A DNA stretch of 64,000 bases, taken from assembly GCA_963828525.1 (NCBI GenBank), contig CAWHEP010000002.1:448001-512000 (forward strand), in the 5' to 3' direction. The DNA is from an uncultured Verrucomicrobiae bacterium (GTDB taxonomy: Bacteria; Verrucomicrobiota; Verrucomicrobiia; Chthoniobacterales; Chthoniobacteraceae). Shown here in pieces: positions 57,032 to 64,000 of the stretch. The notes under the pieces are model-generated. The model had not been told where the DNA came from, did not search any database, and saw nothing but the letters and a program-made list of their open reading frames with translations. How positions within the stretch are numbered: the stretch's first letter is position 1; the number at the start of each line of letters is the position of its first letter. Position numbers and translations under genes: made by a program.

Positions 57032-57851
57032 ATGAGGCCACGCTGCTTTGAACTCGTCACCGTGCCGGCTGGGCCTTGCTCGCTCCGCTCGATCGAACAC
57101 GGCGAGACTTTCCACCCGGGCATCGGCCCCATGGCTGAAGCCCGCGCCTTGCACGTGGCCCAGCATGGCCTGGCGGCGCGCGCAGCTGACACGGTCCAGC
57201 CGTTCGTGATTTGGGACATCGGCCTGGGAGCGGCAGCAAACGCCCTGGCAGTCCTAGAGACGGCGCGGGACTCCTTCCCGTCGGCCCCGGTGGAGCTGCA
57301 CAGCTTCGATTCCACCCTGGAGCCGCTTCGCTTCGCCATCGAGCACGCCGCAGAGCTGGCCTATCCGGTCTCCTGGCTGGACGTGCTGCGCGAGTTCTCT
57401 GAAGCCGGCTCTCGTCATGCTGGGGCCACTCTCGTGGCATTTGCATTTCGGCGACTTCCGGCTTCCGGCCACGGCGGTTTCCACTCCCGCGCCCGAGGCA
57501 GTTATCTTCGACCCCTATTCACCAGCGGCGAATCCCGGCATGTGGACCACCGAGGTCTTCGCCTCCATCCGCCGCCGGGCCGGCCTGTGCACGCTGAGCA
57601 CTTATACCCGCTCCACCGTGATGCGCGCGCGCCTGCTGCGTGCGGGCTGGTTCGTGGGCCACGGCGCAGCCACCGGCGATAAAACGGAGACGACCATCGC
57701 CGCCTCGGAACTGCCCGCGCTTCACCATCCGCTCGGCCGCCGCTGGCTGGAACGCCTGCGCCGCAGCACGGCCCCCGGCCTGGAGGAGGGAGGGGCGGCC
57801 GCGGCGGAAGATTTGTCCGGCCACCCGCAGTTTGCGAGAGGCAATCCTTAG
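57032..57851 (+). CDS. Stand-alone MnmC/MnmD-like SAM methyltransferase domain, frameshifted
   Basis: GETFHPGIGPMAEARALH, IWDIGLGAAAN, FGDF, FDPYSPAANPGMWT, LSTYTRS and LLRAGWFV..KTETT. Confidence 0.75.
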
Positions 57852-57965
57852 GATATGGATAATCGGAATAGCCATCAGGCCGAATTTACACGCGTCCGTC
57901 TATTCCGGCTTTGGTCGTGCTACGAAATGCTTTACGGAACTATTCATCATGCTAAGTCATCGGTG

Positions 57966-59242
57966 ATGAGATGGCGGCGTGTAATTAAACCATTCTTCCT
58001 GGTCCTCGCTTTTGGGTTTTGCTCGAAACTGAATGCGGGAGAGATGTTGCACAGCCTGCTGCTTAACACGGATCCCGCAGAGCAGCTATACACCAGTGCG
58101 TTACATCGGGCTCAAAATAACGACGTACAGGGGGCGATCGCCGATTTGACGCGGGCGCTTGAAACCAATCCCAAGATGGCGAAAGCGGCGAACTATCGGG
58201 GGCAGTTAGAAGATTTTCTGGGCGATATCAAAGGTGCGATATCCGACTACGATCTGACTCTTCGCATCTCTCCGCGATTCGATGCGGCGTATGTCAACCG
58301 CGGTCAGTGCGACGAAAAACTAGGCGACGAACAGAAGGCTTTCGACGACTACACGAAGGCAATACGGATCAACCAGAGAAATGCTCAAGGCTATGCCGGC
58401 CTCGGACAGGTCGAAAGAAAGAGAGGCAATTACGTCGAATCAGTCCTCGACTATGATCAGGCGGTCAATCTTGAGCCAGGAAATGCAACCTTTTACAACA
58501 ATCGCGGTCTGTCCAAAACCTATAAAGGCGATTTCGACGGTGCGATTACCGATTTTGACCGCTCCATTACCATTGACCCGCAGCATACTACTTCGTTTAA
58601 CAACCGGGGGCTGGCCGAACAGTGGAAGGGCAAGCTAGGTGATGCCGTTGCTGATTATGACCAAGCCATCAAACTGGATGACCGATACACTGATGCTTAC
58701 TTCGGGCGCGGTGTAGTGAAGGAACATCAAGGCAATTATGATGATGCCATTGCTGATTTTACCTCGATGATCAATATAGATCCCAAATCGTCCAAAGCCT
58801 ATTGCGAACGCGGAGTAACCAAGCGCGCCAAAGGCGATTTGCCGGGCGCCATTGAGGATTTGTCCGAAAGCATCAGTCTTAATCCCGGCGACGCCGTGCT
58901 CTACAATAACCGGGGGCTCGCTCTGCGGGCAAATGGCGACTTAAAGGGCGCGTTTGCCGATTTAACCAAAGGCCTGGCCCTCGCCCCCGGCTCAGCTTTA
59001 GTCCACGACAGCATGGGACTTGTTAAACAGAACATGGCTGATCTTCGCGGCGCTCTGGATGAATTTACACGCGCAATGGAACTTGATCCGAACTTTCAAG
59101 CTGCCTATACCAACCGGGCCGGCGCCGGATGGCTGCAAACGATCTCCGGGGAGCAAAGGAAGATCTGACGCGTGCGCTTCAACTTAATTCACAGGACAAG
59201 AAGGCGCTGGACATGATGGCAAAGATCAACGGCGGAAAATAA
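57966..59242 (+). CDS. Exported TPR-repeat protein (frameshift near the 3' end)
   Basis: About 11 canonical TPRs (AYxNRG..AIxDYxxAIxLDP); N-terminal signal-like segment. Confidence 0.9.
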
Positions 59243-59341
59243 TCACCGAATCCGCGGCTTGTCTATGCGCGGCAGCAACCTGCCGCGTTTCACCGGCACA
59301 TCGCAATTCGATAAACGCGCCAAAACGTGATTTAGCTTCGG

Positions 59342-60223
59342 CTAGTCCAGAAAGCGTCTCAGAATCGGGCGCAGCTTTTCGATTGTCTCCGCCGGCCAGA
59401 GGTGGCGTGGCGTGACCAGCGCGTTCTCCAGCGAACGATGCTCGGGCCACTCCGGCTCCTGGGGAATTTTCTCGATGACCGCCGGCAAAATTGCGCGCGC
59501 CGCCGCTGCGTTCGCCTGCAAGTTCTCAAAGACCATCCGCGCCGAGACCGGCTCCTCGTCCGTCTTCCAGCAGTCGTAATCCGTCACCATGGCCAAAGTC
59601 GCCAGCGCGATCTCCGCCTCCCGGGCGAGGCGGGCCTCCGCCGCATTTGTCATCCCGATCACGTCGAATCCCATCTTCCGGTGCACCTCGGACTCGGCGC
59701 GGGTGGAGAACGCCGGGCCATCCATATTCACATATGTCCCACCGTCATGCACAGTATACCCACGCCCGCGCGCGCATTCGGCCAGGATGCCTCGCAGCGC
59801 TGCGCTGATGGGTTCGGCAAAGCCGACGTGCGCTGCAATGCCTGCGCCAAAAAAAGTCTGCTCCGTGCGGCGGCTGGTGCGGTCGAAGAACTGTGAGGGC
59901 AGCACGATGTCACGCGGCGGGTATTGCTCCTGCAGGCTTCCCACGGCGGTTACGCAAACAATCCAGCGGACGTTCAGCGATGCGCAGCGCGAAGATGTTC
60001 GCGCGGTAGTTCACCTCGTGCGGCAGGATGCGATGGCCCCGCCCGTGGCGCGGCAGGAAATACACCTGCCGGCCCGCCAGGCTCCCCCCGACGATCAAGT
60101 CCGAGGGCTGCCCGAAGGGGCGTCTCCATGCGCGATCTCCCGCGGGTCGTCCAGGCCCTCGATCTGGTAAAGGCCGCTGCCGCCGATGACTCCGATGGCC
60201 GCGGGAACGTCGTCGTGATTCAT
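59342..60223 (-). CDS. mtnP: S-methyl-5'-thioadenosine phosphorylase, frameshifted
   Basis: [43 protein letters not shown] and VTDYDCW. Confidence 0.93.
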
Positions 60224-60263
60224 GCCGTCAGCAAGACTGAGAAAGCGCGCCACGGCAAGCCGA

Positions 60264-61151
60264 TCACGCCACCGGCTTTTGCAGCAGCGCCACGAACTCG
60301 CGCACCAGCGGGGGGCGCGTGCCCTCCCGCTTGGTCAGGATGCCGAGCGGCCGCGTCATGGCGGGATGGGTGATCTCCACCGCCACCAGCGCGGCGTTTT
60401 CCACCTCCTGCCGCACGGTCCGGCTGGGCACGATGGAGATGCCGTTCTCGATTTCCACCGCCCGTTTCACCGTCTCGACATTATCGAACTCGATGGCGTG
60501 CCGCACCTGCACCCCTTGCTCGCGCAGGTGGCGGTCGATGACTTTGCGCGTCGGCTGGTCGGGCTCGAAGGAGATGAACCGCTCCCCCTCCAGATCGGGC
60601 AGTTGGATGGAGGTCCGCCCGGCCAGCGGGTGGTGCGGGTGGCAGATCATGCACCATCCGGTCGTCCAGAAATTTCTCCACCTGCAGGCCCTTGCGCTTG
60701 GCCGGGTAGGAGACCAGCCCGATCTCGACATCGCCGCGCAGCACCGCGCCGTAGATTTCCCAGGAGCGCCGGTATTCCACTTGGACATCCACCGCCGGGA
60801 TGTGCGGCCTGGAAGGCCTTGACGTAGGGCGGCAACTCATGGAGCCCGATGGAATAAATAACCCCCACGCGCAACTCCCCGGAAAGAGCGTGCCGCGGCG
60901 ATTTGATGCGCTTCCCCAAGCTGCCCGTAGACCCCACGATCTCGCGGCTGGCTCCGAGAAAAGCCTCGCCTTCCGCGGTGAGCGCGAAGGTGCGCCGGCC
61001 GCGATCGATCAAACTGACTTGAAAGCGCTGCTCCAGCGCCCGAATCTGCTGCGAGACGGCGCTTTGCGTAATGCCGTTGGCCAAGGCGGCTTTGGAAAAG
61101 CTGCCGCCTTCCGCGAGATCGCAAAAAATTTTGAAATGTCTCAATCTGCAT
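60264..61151 (-). CDS. LysR-family transcriptional regulator, frameshifted
   Basis: MQIETFKIFCDL..SFSKAA..ITQSAVSQQIRALE; EFDNVETVKRAVEIENGISIVP. Confidence 0.92.
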
Positions 61152-61178
61152 CCGTCAAAGGATTCCCTCCCATCTCTC

Positions 61179-61195
61179 GATAAGCTGCGCTAATC
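61179..61195. promoter_or_regulatory. Putative LysR box (T-N11-A) in the divergent LysR/yggS spacer
   Basis: Imperfect palindrome GATAAGC-TGC-GCTAATC about 30 bp upstream of the LysR start. Confidence 0.45.
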
Positions 61196-61223
61196 TTAAA
61201 TGCAACAAGGATCGGAATCGCTA

Positions 61224-62043
61224 ATGGAAGACTCGATAGCCGGGCGTCTTTCGGAAGTGCGCGGCGCGAATGGCCGGGGCCGCCCGCCTTTCCGGCCGCG
61301 CCCGGAAGAAATCGAACTGGTGGCGGTGTCCAAGGTTCATCCGCCAGAGGCGGTGCAGGAGGCGCTGGCTGCCGGTCAACCGCTCTTCGGCGAAAACCGC
61401 ATCCAGGAGGCGCGCGCCAAGATTCCGCTCGTCTCCTCCCGCGCGCGCTGGCACTTCATCGGGCATCTGCAAAAGAACAAGATCCGGCAGGCGCTGCCCC
61501 TCTTCGAACTGCTGCACGGCATCGATTCTCTTTCCCTTGCGCGCGATATGCAGCGCGATGGCCGAGGAGGATGGGCAGCGCCCGCGAATTTTGCTGGAGG
61601 TGAACGTGGCGGGCGAAGGAAGCAAGTTCGGCTTCAAGCCCGGCGCGCTCGAGAGCGAACTGGAGGCGATTGTTGCCGAATTGCCGCGGCTGGAGGTGGC
61701 GGGCCTGATGGCGATCCCTCCCTTCACTCCGAAGCCGGAAGAGTCCCGCCGCTATTTCGCGGCGTTGCGGGAGCTGCGCGACCGTCTTCAGGAAAAGCTG
61801 CGCGTTGGCCTGCCCCAACTCTCCATGGGCATGAGCAACGACTACGAAGTGGCCATCCAGGAAGGCGCGACCTTGGTGCGGGTGGGCACCGCGATTTTCG
61901 GCGAGCGCCGCGGAAAAGCCTGGCGGCCGGAAGGGGGACAGATCCGAAGATTGACGCTGATTTGCGGAGGATCCCGCCTCATTTCTTTTCTTTTAAATCT
62001 GCGTTTATCTGCGCCAATCTGCGGATATCTTCCCCTCCCTTGA
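61224..62043 (+). CDS. yggS: YggS/PLP homeostasis protein, frameshifted; the true stop may be near 61954
   Basis: LVAVSK, FGENRIQE, WHFIGHLQKNK, LLEVNV..SKFG and LSMGMSNDYEVAIQEGATLVRVGTAIFG. Confidence 0.93.
61940..62030. repeat. Imperfect inverted repeat built from 10-bp ATCTGCG-type units (REP-like)
   Basis: Right arm ATCTGCGTTT ATCTGCGCCA ATCTGCGGAT; left arm ATCCGAAGATTGACGCTGATTTGCGGAG approximates its reverse complement; T-rich loop between them. Confidence 0.65.
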
Positions 62044-62080
62044 CCACCCTCGTGGAAAGTTCGATACTCGGAAAGTCCGC

Positions 62081-62420
62081 ATGAGATTGAACCCCGTAAA
62101 TCTGCAGGTGATCGGAAACGAACTCGCGATTGCCTGGAGCGATGGGCTGGAATCCTTCGTCAAATGCGAGACGCTGCGCCGGAATTGCCCGTGCGCGGCA
62201 TGCGGTGGCGAGCCGGACGTGCTCGGCCATGTCGTTCGTCCCCAAGTCACGCTGACTGAGGCCAGCTTTCGGCCTGCGCAGCCATCAAATGGTCGGCGGC
62301 TATGCCTGGCAGCCGGTCTGGCAGGATGGGCATTCCACCGGGCTGTTCAGTTTCGCCTACCTTCGGCGGCTTGCCGGGGAACCGGCAACCGTTGCGGATG
62401 GCGAGCTATCCTCGTCATGA
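62081..62420 (+). CDS. DUF971 (GBBH-like N-terminal, metal-binding) protein, frameshifted
   Basis: LAIAWSDG..LRRNCPCAAC..VGGYAxQPVWQDGHSTGLFSF. Confidence 0.88.
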
Positions 62421-62881
62421 ACAACCGGGCCAAAATCTCCCTGCTCATGCTCTTCTTCGCAAGCTGCGGGACGGCGGCCATCATGACGGCTTATTTCCAG
62501 GCCCGCGCGGATGCAAATGTGAAACCGGCGGAGCTTTACGCGGTGGTGAACCGCCAGTTGGGCGATCTGCGGCGGCAGAATTTCCCGGCGGCCTACGAGT
62601 ACGCTTCCCTCGAAATCCAGCAACGCTTCACGGTGGAGCAATTCGCCCGCATGGTTCGGCTGGATTATCCCACTCTCCTGCAGGCCACCCAGGCGGAGTA
62701 CGGCCCCGTGGAGGCGCGGGGCAATCACGCGGCGATTCGCGTTTACCTGATCGGGCGCGACGGCCTGGTGATGCCCTGCCTTTACCAACTGGTGCGGGAA
62801 CACGATCGCTGGCGCATCGACGGCGCCAGCCTCCTCCAGGCGTGGCCCTCCGCATGCCGCATGGCGGGGACGATGCTCTGA
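62417..62881 (+). CDS. DUF4864-like membrane-anchored protein
   Basis: VVNRQL..AAYEYASLEIQQRF..FARMVRLDYP..YQLVRE..WRIDG. Confidence 0.72.
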   Translation: MNNRAKISLLMLFFASCGTAAIMTAYFQARADANVKPAELYAVVNRQLGDLRRQNFPAAYEYASLEIQQRFTVEQFARMVRLDYPTLLQATQAEYGPVEARGNHAAIRVYLIGRDGLVMPCLYQLVREHDRWRIDGASLLQAWPSACRMAGTML

Positions 62882-62908
62882 GCGCGGCGGCAACGGGCTT
62901 ATACGGGC

Positions 62909-63848
<940 letters not shown>

Positions 63849-63908
63849 CTAATTCGGGGCAGCTTGGGCGGAATTCCTCAGAGGCCTCGAGAGAATGGCC
63901 GTGGCAAA

Positions 63909-64000
63909 TCAGGCGCGCGGATGCGCCTCGTTGTAGGCCTTTTTCAACCGCTCCACCGTGACATGGGTGTAGATCTGGGTAGTGGAAATGCTGGCGTGGC
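63909..64000 (-). CDS. C-terminus of a XerC/XerD tyrosine recombinase (truncated by window edge)
   Basis: HASISTTQIYTHVTVERLKKAYNEAHPRA* includes the catalytic Tyr region and the HPRA terminus. Confidence 0.9.
   Translation of the reverse strand, partial: HASISTTQIYTHVTVERLKKAYNEAHPRA

Noticed and set aside
58060..59200. Repeats with about 102-bp period considered as a CRISPR or DNA repeat array
   Set aside because: They are degenerate TPR coding repeats, with no identical direct repeats and no cas genes.
62081..62881. Apparent DUF971-DUF4864 fusion ORF (266 aa)
   Set aside because: An indel near 62275 moves the frame; the true DUF971 ends at an ATGA overlap at 62417-62420.
63909..64000. 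Tyrosine recombinase as a prophage or island integrase
   Set aside because: The TQIYTHV..HPRA terminus is typical of housekeeping XerC/D; no att site, tRNA or phage genes are nearby.

Overview
GC-rich bacterial chromosomal window. Gene content (PEP-CTERM proteins, a prepilin with an H-X9-DG-like end, tandem P-II genes, a GTAG-type REP) suggests a Verrucomicrobia/PVC organism; that assignment is inference. Many conserved genes are split across reading frames by 1-bp indels. I read these as sequencing or assembly errors, so gene boundaries were reconstructed by hand and are approximate. Layout: (1) 1-22 kb, a minus-strand Wzx/Wzy exopolysaccharide cluster that runs off the left edge, with priming transferase, OM barrel, Wza, Wzc, two flippases, two Wzy-like membrane proteins, glf, an acyltransferase, four GT4, a GT2, a GT9 and a secreted GH42-like hydrolase. 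(2) 22-35 kb, accessory genes: MFS plus GMC oxidoreductase, PpiC, GH2, two PEP-CTERM proteins behind a Pho-box-like promoter, an L,D-transpeptidase and an ABC exporter. (3) 35-45 kb, housekeeping genes (truA, ruvX, manC, ftsK, rodZ-like, rimO, murJ). (4) 45-49.5 kb, a tightly packed module of DUF1573, rhodanese, MauE/DoxX, a membrane-anchored helical protein, a prepilin and an ABC exporter, with Cys motifs in four of its proteins; this is the best candidate for an undescribed system. (5) 49.5-64 kb: ABC-F, an exported caspase-fold (His/Cys) protease candidate, two more PEP-CTERM proteins, an MnmD-like methylase, a TPR protein, mtnP, LysR, yggS, DUF971, a DUF4864-like protein, two tandem P-II genes and the 3' end of a Xer recombinase. 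I found no rRNA, tRNA, CRISPR array or IS element.
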